This document shows positions 1-13,593 of a stretch of 64,000 nucleotides of DNA, piece by piece. The DNA is from Adineta vaga. Lineage: Eukaryota > Animalia > Rotifera. The notes below the pieces were generated by a model, which saw only the letters and a program-made list of their open reading frames with translations, was not told the DNA's origin and searched no databases. Positions within the stretch are counted from its first letter, which is position 1. The number at the start of each line of letters is the position of its first letter. Made by a program: the position numbers and the translations under genes. The stretch is from positions 7,068,001-7,132,000 of the forward strand of contig CP075495.1 in NCBI GenBank assembly GCA_021613535.1. Reading direction: 5' to 3'.

Positions 1-834
1 TATTGTTAATGTTGTCAAGACACCCATATCAATCATAGATCAACAAGCGTTCAATTAACAATTTCATTCTACTCTGATCTTTATAGACTAAAAAAACTAT
101 GGACGAGAAATGAGTACTTTTTTTCATCTAATTCTTTTGAGCCTTTTTCTTTAAAATTTTTGATAAATTGGAATGAAGAAGAAAACTGAGAAGTGGCGCC
201 ACCCTAATTTCTATTTGCTTTTTGACTGTGAAATATTCTTAATAGACTAAGAGCATCAATGAAGAAAGAAATGTTACATTTTTTTTTCGTATATTTGATT
301 ATGTCGAGAGTTCTACAGGATTCATTTATCCGTAAATCATCAAGAATGAAACATGCATAAAATAAATAGAAACACATTTGAAGATTGTCAAACAAAATGT
401 TCAATGATGTAAACGTAACCAAGATTTAGATCAATAAGTGAAAAGATGTAATGTAAAAAAATCTATTCATGAAATTGAATCAATGATTGAAAAATGAAAA
501 TTGCATGTAATATGCATCGGTATACTGACTATAAACGTCTAAATGCTAAGTTGTTTTACAATGGAAGATCATTGATAATAATTATCATTATTATGTGGTA
601 ATCATCTAATTTAAAATATCATGTCAACTAACGATTTCGTTACACATTAATATGTGTTTTAAATTGAATTCTTCTTCGAAAACTTAGACTCATTCTCTCT
701 TACTAATGATAGCTCCATCTGTGTAAAGTTCTTTTTGTTTCGTTCTATTTTCACCTATTGATATGAATTCTTCACAAAGATATCTATCTATCTTTTTTAC
801 ATGTAAACATTTTGTGTAATTTTTTTCAACTGAC

Positions 835-1835
835 ATGCCAGATCATCGTTCCTATCAAGATCCATTCTATGGATGGAGTACACCAAAAGCAATATCTCTC
901 TGTATTCAAACATTGAAAGAATGTAGTGCAGTACCATTTGAAGGAATTAAAAAATTAATATCTTGTAAATGAATTTTATTCTTTCGAAAAGATCAAACAT
1001 TGTGTTTTTAGTGAGCGAAGCACAAGTTTTGAATGAACAAACATCAACATCAGCGCTTGAAATTTTAATGAAAATTACTAAAAAATATTCGATTTCTGTC
1101 GATCAAGTTATGCTTATTTTCAATGGTTTTGTTCATGTTCTTCGATTAGCATTAAAACCACCTGCAGCATTTCTAAAACCAGATGTAAACTAAATTAAAC
1201 TTTTCACTGAATAGATTTCTTTATTATTATTATTATTATTTTAGATCTTCAAAGAAGATTTACGTGATATAAAGTATATCAATTCAATATATCTTTTTAC
1301 GTTTAATAAACATCTTTTTCTTCTAATTATAGATTTTCCGAACAAATTATTGAAGAATTTCATAATATTCTCTTTGGTACTAAGTATGTTGATATAAACT
1401 AAAGCAAATTTCTATTGATCGAATTATCTTTATCTAACTAGACGTGATCAATTGTATCTTGCCATTCAAGAACGTGATCGTCCGCGTCTTCCATTACTTC
1501 AAACATTTGATTGGAATCTTGATGTTACTCTAACAACCGCGTATATATCTTTATTTCTTAACTTTTCTTCATTATTTTTTATGTCTATTTTTTCAGATCA
1601 TTATCACGATCTATAGAACCATTACTTCTCTTTCAATTTCGTACAACTAATAATCGACATTTAACATTTGAAGTAAATAAAATTCACAAAAAATGTGTTC
1701 TGTTTTTCAAACTTATGATCGTTATTTTAGGTTCCAATTAAGAAATTTAATGAACTTCGTTATAATACAGCATTGCTTCTGAAAGAGATGGAAGAAGTTG
1801 ATGGGAAACAAGCATTGAAACTACTTGAAACATAG
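835..1835 (+). CDS. COMMD5: COMM domain-containing protein 5 (HCaRG-like), multi-exon
   Basis: Spliced translation ...LRLALKPPAAFLKPDIFKEDL...ILFGTKR...LPLLQTFDWNLDVTLTTASLSRSIEPLLLFQF...FEVPIKKFNELRYNTALLLKEMEE matches the COMMD5 COMM domain pattern (SLKPD..FRWRVDVAISTSALARSLQP..FEVPTAKFQELRYSVALVLKEM); short GT-AG introns. Confidence 0.9.
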
Positions 1836-2650
1836 AAAAACTCTTCACTATTATTCTTCTATTTATTTGTCACTTGAATTATTACATTCCAATCATTTCC
1901 TCTTTTTCCATGATTGTCGTGTGCTTTTCTCTTTCTCTCTCTTTTTTTCTCTGATGGAAAAACAAGGACGTACGAATGAGATGGAAATCAGTTGTTACAA
2001 TCGTTGATTAAACTCTAGAGCGTGCAGTTTTATTCCCTAAAGTCCTAATATTCTATGACTTTTTCGATTTTTCTTTGTCTGTGTGTCTTTCTCTCCGTAC
2101 TGATTTCTTTTTTGACTGATGTTGAAATAAACTTTAATCCAATCGGTTCATGGATCGATGATGAACTAACTCATTTCGATCAATAATTGAAGAAAAATGA
2201 TGATATGATGGATGCCACTAGAGGAATTTGTCGTCAAAGATAAACTTAATAGATGTAATGTATGCGTTAATGGAAGAGAGAAGGACAGTAAGAGAGAAAA
2301 AAAATGGTTGTTTAACACAATCTCGTTCTACCCTCTGGCAATGTTGTTGTAACTTGATCAACGGATGAAGGAAGAAGAACATGCACGAAACACATTAACA
2401 ATCAATTTTCGAGATGTTGCCTGTCTTAGCTCTCGCTCTCTCTCTCTCCCTCGTTCTCTCAACAGGCAATGCTCTACTATGCTTACTCACTCTACTGTCA
2501 GTGCATAGAATAACTAGATGAACGATGAATTCATGTGTTTGTCACCTGAGAAAATTACATTTTCTTTTCCTCTTTTTTTTCTATACATTTTCACCTGAAA
2601 ATTTTTAATAAAGCGATGGCACATGTCTTTACATTCACAGAAATGTACTG

Positions 2651-3187
2651 TCAACAACACACTCTTATCTTAATGACAAATGAGATAAGTAGAGAAAAAA
2701 GCACGATTATTTGACGCTTTAGAAAAGTTCTTGACGTTGCTGTTGAACGAAGATGTTGAGCTTGAAAATTTTTATATACAGATGATGTAAAACAATGTTT
2801 TGGTGTATCATTTTCAAGATAAAGTTTTGCTCGATGAAGTATTGATTGATAACATACACGATGTATTTCGGTATCGTAATGTAAACATGAATGTAAAATT
2901 AAAAGCGATTTACATTTGTCTGACTGTTGTTGATTATCAAATGATTGATGATAACGTTGGCGATAGAGACATGTAAATACATAATTTTTACAGATATAGT
3001 CGTCAATTGATTGTACAATCGTCACTGCACGATCGTCATAATCGAACGATGATGATGATGGACTAATTTGATAAAATAATAGTAGACAAATCGAACATAA
3101 TCTAATAAGATTATGATTTATATTACTATTGAGAATAGAATAAGAAGGTAAGAAAGTGAACAGATAAATACGTCTAGAAGCCATCAT
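2651..3187 (-). CDS. Small secreted, probably GPI-anchored six-cysteine protein (possibly neuritin/CPG15-like)
   Basis: 178-aa ORF: hydrophobic signal-like segment (LIRLCSICLLLFYQISPSSS), six-Cys core including CKSLLILHSC, S/T/A spacer, then hydrophobic C-terminal tail (IIVLFSLLISFVI). Confidence 0.6.
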   Translation of the reverse strand: MMASRRIYLFTFLPSYSILNSNINHNLIRLCSICLLLFYQISPSSSSFDYDDRAVTIVQSIDDYICKNYVFTCLYRQRYHQSFDNQQQSDKCKSLLILHSCLHYDTEIHRVCYQSILHRAKLYLENDTPKHCFTSSVYKNFQAQHLRSTATSRTFLKRQIIVLFSLLISFVIKIRVCC

Positions 3188-4495
3188 TTGAAATCAATGT
3201 GATCTAATAAAAGAAGAAAAATGAACGTTTGTTTTAATTGATGTTTGTTCAATCGAATGATGAAGTGAACTTTCATTATGCTTCTCTACTTACTTTCATT
3301 TAGTTTAGTTAAAGTTTTTCTAATCATTTTTCTTACATATAAATGTAAGTCTTCAAGACTATACTAATGAAATCTATTTCTCTTCGTTGGCGACATTCAT
3401 AGACACATGGGAGGCGGTGCAAGTGTGAGATTTCACTCTCTACTATACTTACATTTCTTTTTTGCCTTCTATATAATTTGACAGGTGATGTAGGCATGTG
3501 TGAATCGGACAATGCATTTCATTTTTTTTTCATACAGATGCATATATATATATACATCCTATCATCATCAGTCGGTTATTGTTCTCTTATCTACTAGACA
3601 TTTAAGTTTTGATCGGTAGGCGTCAAGATTTCGAGCAATGATGAATGGTTCAGATGTAGACGGACAACGATATGTTATTGGACCCTAATACGTAAGAGAT
3701 ATAATAACGAGAGAAAAAAAGAACTGAGAACTTCGTTGTCTTTACTACGTTGATGTGCTCTTATTACTCTATAGAATGAGAAAGGGAGCAAGTAAGAGAA
3801 AAAGAAGAAGAAGAAGAAGAAGAAAAAAGTATTGAATATGAACGAAGACCGGAAGACATTCACACATAGAAAACAGAAAAGAAACGAGGAAAAAAAGAGA
3901 ATATTATTATGCTCACATCGCTTACTCTCTTTCTCGTCGTACAGTGGTAATGGACAAGACTCGAGTTGATGAATGAACTAACGCTTTTTTTCTGCAAGCG
4001 AAAGAATTCGTTGTCGTCGTCTCTAATTTCCTGTTTCCGCTTTAGCAAACTCATTTACTTATTTTTAAATAAATATCCAACGTAATATCCATATTTTAAT
4101 ATTAGATAAGAAATCTAACTAAACAACATTAGATAGATGTTCAATATAATTGAGTACAAATCGATTTCAACAAGTTTCTTTTTTATTCAATCGTCAATTG
4201 AATTGTAATAGGATTAAGATAATGCTTAAAGTCATCGACTAAGATTGCAATGTTGTCAGAGTTAATCTGACATTTCTGCATCTATCAAAGCATGTGACAG
4301 TTAGGAAATGACTTTTTTTTCTTCAATTTGAAATCAATCAATACAGATCAAAAGAATGAAATCGTTTTGTTTTGTTAATGAATATTTGGAAAGAAAACTC
4401 GTTAATACTTTTTATTTTTATACACATTAATCGAATTCATACACAAATCATTTAAAAAAAATAACAAAAAAAAAGAGTTTCGATATCGCTGTTCT

Positions 4496-6352
4496 TTATT
4501 CTTCGATTTTAACAAATACTTTTGGTTTGGAAAAGATTTTAATTGCTTCATCCAATTCAATAATTTTCTTTTCGAGTTCTTCTTTCGTTCGACGAAGTGT
4601 TAATGAATCATTTCGAATAGGTAAATGACTTAATTTAGTCACTAATTCAGCACGATCTAAACAAATAGAGAAGAGAAGAACGACGACGATCATGACATAA
4701 AAGAATCGTAATTTCGTTTATTCTCACTTGAATCAAGATGTCGTAATGTTGCTAAACGTCTATCATTATCAATTCTAACGTGCCCATATGGACAATCGGG
4801 ATCAGGAGCATTAGCACGTTCTTCATAGATTTCTTGAGCACGTCTCTCTTTAATTTTTTCAATACTAGATATGAGCAAAAAAAGAATGCAATTCATCAAT
4901 AAAGATAAATTATTTACTACACAAAATACAGCTTACTAATCAGGTGTACGACCCTTTTGATATTCATGATAAGCTTGTAATTCTTTATCTTTTTTCTCGC
5001 GAACTTTTTCTACAACTTCTTCACTTAATGTTTTACGAACTTTTGGAACATTGCCTGCCCATTGTGAATTGAGTTTTACATAATCAGGTTGAATATTATT
5101 ATCATTTCGTCTTGCAGACTGCGAACAAGAAAACAAATTCATCTCCTTCTACCGAAACAATGGTTTACAATCTTACGAGATCTATTGATGAAGCTACTGA
5201 ACCGCGACGAGAACCAGCAGCAGATTGACATCGTAAGTGTTGTGGACCCGTATTTTCATGAGCACGAAGAAAATTATTACGAGCAGATTGTGGACGAGAT
5301 AACGATCGTTGAGTATCCTAAAAATTATTTAATGTTGACAGAGAGAACTCTTAATTTACAATTATCTCTATCATCTATTAGATGAAAAGAAATTGGAACT
5401 ATTTCGTTCGAGTCTCTCATTCAATGTTCATAAATCATAGCGAAAAAAAAGATGCATTGATGGAATATGACTAAATATAAAATATATATTTGATTTCTCT
5501 GATGATATGAAGTACGTACTTTAGTCAATAGAGATATGGAAATGAGTCTATAATTAACTAATTAATAAGCAATTGCTTAACGATATTTAGCAAACTACTA
5601 TACATATTTCTGAGAAAATAGTATCGATCATTCGTCTTTTCCAATGGTTTAATATTACTAGATCTTTCTAGATATTGATTTTTTTCCTACTTGGTCTAAT
5701 TGTTGTTTAACTTTTGATTGCACATTATCGTATTGTTTAGATTTCCATAGTGCTGTAACAGGTCTTGATTGACTTTGTTCTTTCATCGCTTGTCGTTGTC
5801 GTGATTCTCGCATAACATGACGAATTCGTCGAACATTATCATTTACATGATTTCTTGGTGGTTCTATCAAAGAAATTTATTTCGTCTTTTGTTAAAAATA
5901 TAATATTCTCTTTCATACTTGCTGCTGTTCCATGTGTAGATAAAAGACCTGTACCTTGTACTTCGAATAAAAATGGAACACCAGTACCATTCGTTGCTCG
6001 TTTATGAATTGCTTTAGCATCTGAACCATGTACTCGTGCGATATTTTGAGAAGTACACGGTGCACTATAAGACAGAACTTCATGAACTGAAATCATCTTA
6101 TAGAAATTTATTCATACCTGCTCACACCAGCATCATATTCATATCCTGGTTCTGCTGGAATAGGACCAGTTATCAAAGATCGTCCTACATTAAGAAAACC
6201 GAAGTAAAACTTTATGTAATGTAATAAACAATTTTATATATACCTTCAGCATTTTTCGTTCCACTATTGTACGTTTGGAAACGATCACGACTATTGTTTG
6301 CAAACGATCCGTTGAACTCACTTGACCATGGGTGTGATTCTTGATGCAACAT
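4496..6352 (-). CDS. ENKD1: Enkurin domain-containing protein 1 (ciliary/centrosomal), multi-exon
   Basis: Exons give ITGPIPAEPG, NHVNDNVRRIR...ALWKSKQYDNVQSKVK and a C-terminal enkurin domain PDPDCPYGHVRIDNDRRLATL...LPIRNDSL...KEELEKKIIELDEAIKIFSKPKVFVK. Confidence 0.88.
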
Positions 6353-6420
6353 TTTCTTTGAAATAAGAAAATATAGATTGAGTCTCAATCTCAGTCTCAA
6401 AAGTCCCCTTTTTTTGTTCT

Positions 6421-6434
6421 GTCTATATGACAAC
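6421..6434. promoter_or_regulatory. Candidate RFX X-box upstream of ENKD1
   Basis: GTCTATATGACAAC, one mismatch to GTHNYY-AT-RRNAAC, about 70 bp upstream of the ATG of a ciliary gene. Confidence 0.4.
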
Positions 6435-8141
6435 CATTATGAATACTATTACTATGGATTTTAATTAATAATTCGATATTATTCGTCGAAAACTGAAGAA
6501 AAGTAAAGTTTATCTGATTTACGTTCGTCGATTTTAGATGTATCTTCGATAAATTTAAATTGTTTACATAATTATTAACTTTCAGATAGATGTCAGTAGA
6601 AAATCCTCGCTGCTAACTGCTCAAATATTGATCAATAAAAAACTGCAGAACATTTCTACTCTATAAATAACCATAACCATATTAACATCTATTGATCAGT
6701 TAAGCGAAACGAAAAACAACAGAAAACTAATAATTTCTTCCACGAAATAATTTTTTTCGTTAATAAATACTCATTTTCTCATTATTATTAATCTAGTTTA
6801 AAAAACCGATTAAATTGTTTTTCTTTCCTGGCATGGATTTATTATTAAATAAGAATCTATCGGTTCAAGCAGATGTTTGTCTAAACCATATGTAAGTCTA
6901 TTAATTAGCAAAATAGATGCCTAATTATCAATTTATTAACTATAATATGGCAAATACTATTGGAAATATATTATGAACAATACAATTGGTACGTTCAGTA
7001 AGAAAACAAAAGTGTGTTAAACAGGTTTGAATCAAATTTCGTTCGTTTTGCTTTTCTTTTGATCATCCCATTGTTTTTAATAGATGTGTCAACTATTAAT
7101 CCTGACATTATCGTCAGCTGCATTTTTATGATGTGATATACATTGAATAGAATATTGTCATTTTACTAATAGCTTTTGTAATCCCAATAAGATCATTGAA
7201 TTTTATTATTTCCTTACTCGAAAACAAAACCGAGTGAAGCTAATCATTCCTATGAGTAATCTCTATCTTTTTTCATTATACATAAATGTCTCAGAGATAT
7301 ATATAGACATAAATAATCTTTTTCCTAGGAAAAGAGAAAAACCACATGAGTTTCGCAAATGTTTTTTTTTCGGAAAAATCTTTTATTGTTCAATAAATCA
7401 TTCGTGATTAAACAAGAAAATAGTATTGATATATAAACAATACTGATAACATGTCGAGAAGTAAGCTAAGAAGAAAGTAATACAAAAGGAAAAAAACAAT
7501 TTCTGTCTTGCTTTGTTTCTTAGCTGTTCTTTTTTTTTTCTTCTTTCCTTTCATCTAATGTCGTTCGTTTTTTTCACGAGTTATTCATGAGAATATTTCT
7601 ATATTTTTCCTAGTCGATAGTTTAATATATATATATATACAATACATATGCATTTGAATATATAATAAATTCATTCGAAACATTTTTTCTTATGCTTGAA
7701 TTTCAATCTCGAGAATGCCGATGTCAACAGAATATTGAATGTAAGTTATTTAATATCAAAATAACGACACAAAAATACTTTGCTTATCTTTACTCTTTTA
7801 GCTTTCCGTATGCAGTATTTATGATATTCAGTTTTTTTTTACATTTTATGTAATAGACTCCACCTTTTTTTTCATTCTCGTCAAAGAAAAACGTGTTTTA
7901 TCATTCGAGCATGTCATCTTATGTAGAATAAGATGATTTGTACGCTGTAAATATTGTAATTAACAAAAACATACTAAGGTTTTTGTTTGACGTACACAAA
8001 TAACAAAAAGAATATAGTTAAAAAATAATGCGTGTTGTTTTTTCTATGTAAAGATATTGTCAGAAGAAGAAGATATTTATGTAACTATATGTATATATTC
8101 CTTTCTGTTTTTTTATCGTTCTAGATTAATGTTAACTAAAT

Positions 8142-11100
8142 ATGAATGATATTGATCATACGCATAAACAAATTCCTAGTGGTACAAATACATTGAGTGA
8201 AGGCAATCAAAAAAGGTAATGTGAGATCTATTTATCTGTGATTTGATACAGAATTTGTTGGTTAAACTAATCGTACCTAACCAATAAATTCCGGTTTTCC
8301 ATTGACAAGGACAAACAAATTTTCAGACATGCAAATTCGTCCCAGAGGACTGTGTTAGAACATTTGATTAAGATATAAGAAGAGATTCTATTACATGTTC
8401 GCTAGTTTTCAATTAATATCGAAAAAAATTATAGTTAGAATAAAATATTCATCGCAATCATTTATGAATATGTCGAAAAGGTCATTGGCGTGCACTGTAA
8501 TAAACATATCTTCAGTAAAAATTCTGTATGAAAAGAGTTCGACTTGTTCTCTTTCTACATGCCATGACAAATTCGATATTATTGGAATGATAATGAATAA
8601 ATAAAAAGCATTTAATAAACATTAATAGTTAAAAACTATATTTCAATTTTGATCTTTTCACAAATGATGCTTACGTATTTATTGTAGACAACCCCCTTAT
8701 AATCGTTTTTGTCCTTTGACTTTCCTTTCTTCCTCTTGTTATCAATCTTTTTTTCAATATCGCCTGTCTGTACCTTGGTAGGTTGTGCTTTTTTTTCTTC
8801 TTCTCACTTCGTATTCGAAAAAGAAAAGACATTGAATTAGTAAAAAGAAGAAAGAGACAGACAAGCGAACTTACCCCTTTCTGAATACAATGCGAAATAA
8901 TCATCATTTATTTCTAATTGTTCAATAAAGAAAAAAAGAAAGAACGAAAAATGTTCGTTCGATGTTTTTCAACGAGCATATTAACAAACAAGTATAATGA
9001 ATATGAGCTAAGAGTTTTGCCTATTCGACATCTTTCTTCACACCTATTCTTAATGAAATATATATACCACAGGCATTCGATATATAATTGAAAAGAAAGT
9101 GATTGAATAGTATTAATAGGGTGCTTTTTGTATAAATAAAAAAATAATAAGCATAGACGAGAAAAAGAAAAAGAGCGCCTGATTGTATTTTTAAAAAAAT
9201 GGGTTGGATATGGTTTACAGCAAGAAAACGGTAGCGCAAATAGAACGATCGAAAAGAAAGATGGAATCGTGTTTTTTTTTTATTTAGACAACCACAACAT
9301 CAACGAATCAGTCCGAATCCAGATGTTCAAGGATATACAACAACTGGAAATAATCCATTAACACCTCTCGATGCTCACCAATCATCACCAGCAACAATTA
9401 AGAATAGTTCTATGCTCTCCTCAGGAATAAAGACAAATTCTATACCAGCTATACCTGGTGCCGGAAATTCAAATTCATTACCTGGTCATCAATCGAGTCG
9501 ATCGAAAACTGCAAATTATCATCTTTCCGAACAACAAGTAGTAAATTCATCCGATAATGTAAATCACTCTTTCTTTATACTCATTTTGATAGCTCTAATT
9601 TTGAATTTCTTCTATTTAGTTACATACAACTGGTGCTAGTGGTGATCATGATACTAATGCATTTGCATCAACATCATTATCACGTAAAAAAAATCTTTCA
9701 ACATCGGATCTTGATCCAATTGAACGAAAAAAACAAGCCGTATTAGCTAAAGCTGAAGCAAAACTAGATAAAGCTCGACGTCTTCATCAACAAGCTCATC
9801 AAAGTGTTGAACAAGAAATATCAGATTTTCTTCGTGTAACAGCAATGCCTAATACGAATTCAGAAGGGACTGCTTCTCGAACAACAAACGCTTCCTTTGA
9901 AAAACGTATACGAACATTACAAGATACGAAAAAAGAATTAGAAAAAAAAATTTCCAATTATCAATCGGATATTTCACGTATTCAAACGGGCGATATTCCA
10001 CATAATTATTCCTCATCAAAAGATATATTTAGTAATCTTAAAAGTACAGCAGCTAAAGTTGCGGGAGGAAGTCTGAAATATCGTCCTTCACAAAGCATTG
10101 ATCAAACAACAACAACAACATCAACAACAGAACCGAATTCAACACCAAATACACCTGACAAACTCATTGCTTCCCATTATCTCGAATCGGATAGTCATCA
10201 TCATCATCATCATCATCCAAATCCATTTACAACACTAACAACACCAACGCCGACTGCAACCCCTGCAAATGGACCAATGAATAATAATCAGAATATATTA
10301 ACATCGAATCTATACAGTAGTACATATGATCCAACGCATTTGTCATTATCTAATTCAATATCAAATGAAATTGGTAATTCTCAATTTTATATCGATTCCA
10401 CTCGTAAGTAAATTTGACATTTAAATTCAAAAATTTCACGTTTAAAAACGTATCAATAAGCAATCTTTCAAGTTACATTTAGTTCAATGACATGTCTTTA
10501 GCAAACATATGAGTCCAAATTTTCTTTTTCAAAAGAAAAGAAAATCATTGCATGTAATACAATAGCATAAATTCATTTTGCAAGAAGATATTTAAAACCT
10601 TTTTGTGCGTGTTCTATATAAAATATTTGATCATATTAAATTCTATTTCTACTAAATCATATATGAAAACTATATGGTCTTCTTCGTTTGTTTAGACGAA
10701 CATGTTTATGACAATGATAAATCAAGTCGAAAGTACGAAGCAACCGTTTCAGGTACGCATTATTTACAGATACTATACATCGAAATATAGAAAAGAATTT
10801 TAAAAAAACACGAGATGAGAAAGGCAAAACATAAATAATATGACTAGCACCTTAGGACGCACTTATAATCCAACTCGTTATACTGGAAGTATTTGTAAGT
10901 AAATTACTAACGACATAAATAAGCTCAGATATAAACATAAGCTTCTCAGACAAAAACTCTTGTTTTATATTTTTCAAGATACTTCTAAACTTTATTTTTT
11001 TTTTCAAGTTGATGGATTAGTTGTACATGATATTGATAAATCACCAACATCAAAACGACGTCATACGTATGATAAAAAAAAGAAACTTATTCGATTGTTT

Positions 11101-12429
11101 GCTTTATTTTCGTATGATTTTAGTGATGAATCAAATCCTGAATATAATGATCGAATATCTAATCATTCCAATGATGATCGATATATAAGTAGTACAACAA
11201 AACGAAGCACATCAGTAAATTTTAATTTTATTTTGATTTGGATCAATAGAGAAGCATGATTTTCTTTCAGAATACTACAAGTGAATATCAACAATTGAGT
11301 ATTAAACTTGAATCGATGCAAAAGATTATTGATCGTTATGAAGTCAAATTCAGTGATATGCAAAAACAACTTGAATCAATGACATCAAGTATTGATACAC
11401 AACGTGAACAAAATGATCGTTTAAATAATGAATTAACTGATTTAACTGATTTACATCAAATTGAAATATCATCAATAAAAACGGAATTGAAAAATTTAGA
11501 AGAACGATTACTCTATAAATTTAATGATTATTGGAATGAATTATTGGAAAAAATCGATAAACTTGATACGAGAGTTAGTTCAATTCGATACTTTGTTTTT
11601 CTTCAATTTAAACATTTTTCGAAACTTTTCAGAAAAGATTATTAACATAGAGATGAGAAGAGTGCTTTCCGTCTGACAATGATTATAACGGGAAAAAAAG
11701 AGAAGAGAGCAATTCAATAGATAACAGTTGCGCGTTGTTTTATTTTGAAGATAAATATTTTCTATAAAGAAAACCGTCAATGACCTACACCTGTCATAGC
11801 ATTCATCTAGATGATATTGATATCGATTTGAGAGTCTTTGCGCATTCGTATGTCGATTGTTTATTTTACTTTCTATGAATAGAATATGGTATTTTATGTA
11901 TGAAAGTGATAGAAACAGAACGTACAAGATCTTTTCTTTCTATTTGATTGACTCTGCAGGATATCAATATAAGATGACTTATTACGAGAGATACCTTATA
12001 TGATATCTAATATATTATTTGATTGATCTAATATATTTAGATAGCAAAAGTTGAACAAACTCAAACACATTCCCTTGAAACAGAAGAAAATACACATCGA
12101 ATTATTAGTAAACTTGTCAATATTCTGTTGACTGTTTTTGCAATTATTCTTCTACTTCTATCAACAATCAAAAATCTTGTACAATCACGGTAAATTTTTT
12201 GTTCTTGTTTTTTTCATTCTTTTTCTTTTATCTCTAGTATTCATGCCATGACTATATTAATACTTGCTTTTATATGGATAACATTTCATTATTTACCTCC
12301 AAATTATTTTCAAACACCATTTTTGAAAAGTATATTTGAAATTTTTTATTCTTATCTCTATCGGATTATCTTCTTTCAGATTTATCCAATATATTCAAAC
12401 GAACAGCACGAAATCATACTTCCGAGTGA
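8142..12429 (+). CDS. TMCC: Transmembrane and coiled-coil domain protein (TMCC/TEX28 family), multi-exon
   Basis: SFEKRIRTLQDTKKELEKKISNY, LNNELTDLTDLHQIEISSIKTELKNLEERL...DTRIAKVE and two C-terminal TM segments (KLVNILLTVFAIILLLLSTI) fit TMCC motifs. First exon assignment is less certain. Confidence 0.85.
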
Positions 12430-13593
12430 TAATACGGTTTTTTTTCTCTTTTCTTCACAATTTGTATAATCGAGCATCGTCTATTCTTTCTTTTAAGTAT
12501 CCCTATATGTGAAGATGCCAGCTGGTCCGGCTCTTGTTGATTATACACTAGTTCTAGAAACTTCCTCATTCTTCGAATAACCAAATCGATTGACAGCATA
12601 AAATCTTCGTTTTTTTCTTTCTTTCTAGAAGATATGATTGTATGTGTCATGTTCTTTTTCTCTTGATTATACATTGTGTTTTGTTCTAAAGATCTAGTCG
12701 TTCTTTATTTTATTTTTTTCTATTCATTGTTGCAATCATCACACATTTATTCAATCGGAATTTCTGTCATACTATGCTCAAATTGCTTATAAGAATATTT
12801 GTGTACATATGTCAAAGCATAATGCAATGTTATGTTGTCTTTCTTTCCGGCGTATATTTTCGATTTGTAATATAATAATACGCAAATTATCGTTATTTTT
12901 TTTCAAATAATCAGCATAATGTCGCTAATAGTCGGTGTTCATTGTAGACTCTTTTATCTATTGGTTATTTATACGTAATAATAATAACAACACATATTTA
13001 TATTCTATCAGAGAAGAGACCAGACAGAAGAGAACAGAAAAGAAAAGAAAGGAAGAAACGCGAAAAAAGTTGTAGTAGTAGAAGACAACTGACTAACTGT
13101 TGGCTATTACCAGTACAGAAAGAAAGAAGAAAAAAGAAATATAGTTCTGTTCAGATAGAAGGATGGTTATTGTTATTTACTATCATCGAGATTGTTTTTT
13201 CGATATTATAACTATAATAAACCATATCAAATAAATCACCTCGACTTGGTGTGACAATTAAGATACTATCGCTTCGTTATTTTTTTCTTCTCTATTTATT
13301 TTTCGTGTTCTATGACAACAAAATGTGAACATGCTGAATGATAGTGTCGTTTCTTTCTTTTTCTTGTTTTACGAAGGAGAAGTAGGTTATTAGCTGTAGG
13401 AGTGAGTTATTGTATAACGGAATAAAAGAAGAAAGAGAAAAATCGATCAGTACGTATAAAATTGCATTTATAACATATGAATTTAATTGTACTTCTATTA
13501 TAGCAATCATTTTTTTTGTTTTTTAGATCATAATAACTGATTACAAATTGTTAAAATCAGGTTCACCACATATTTCAACAATTTTTTTTTGCA

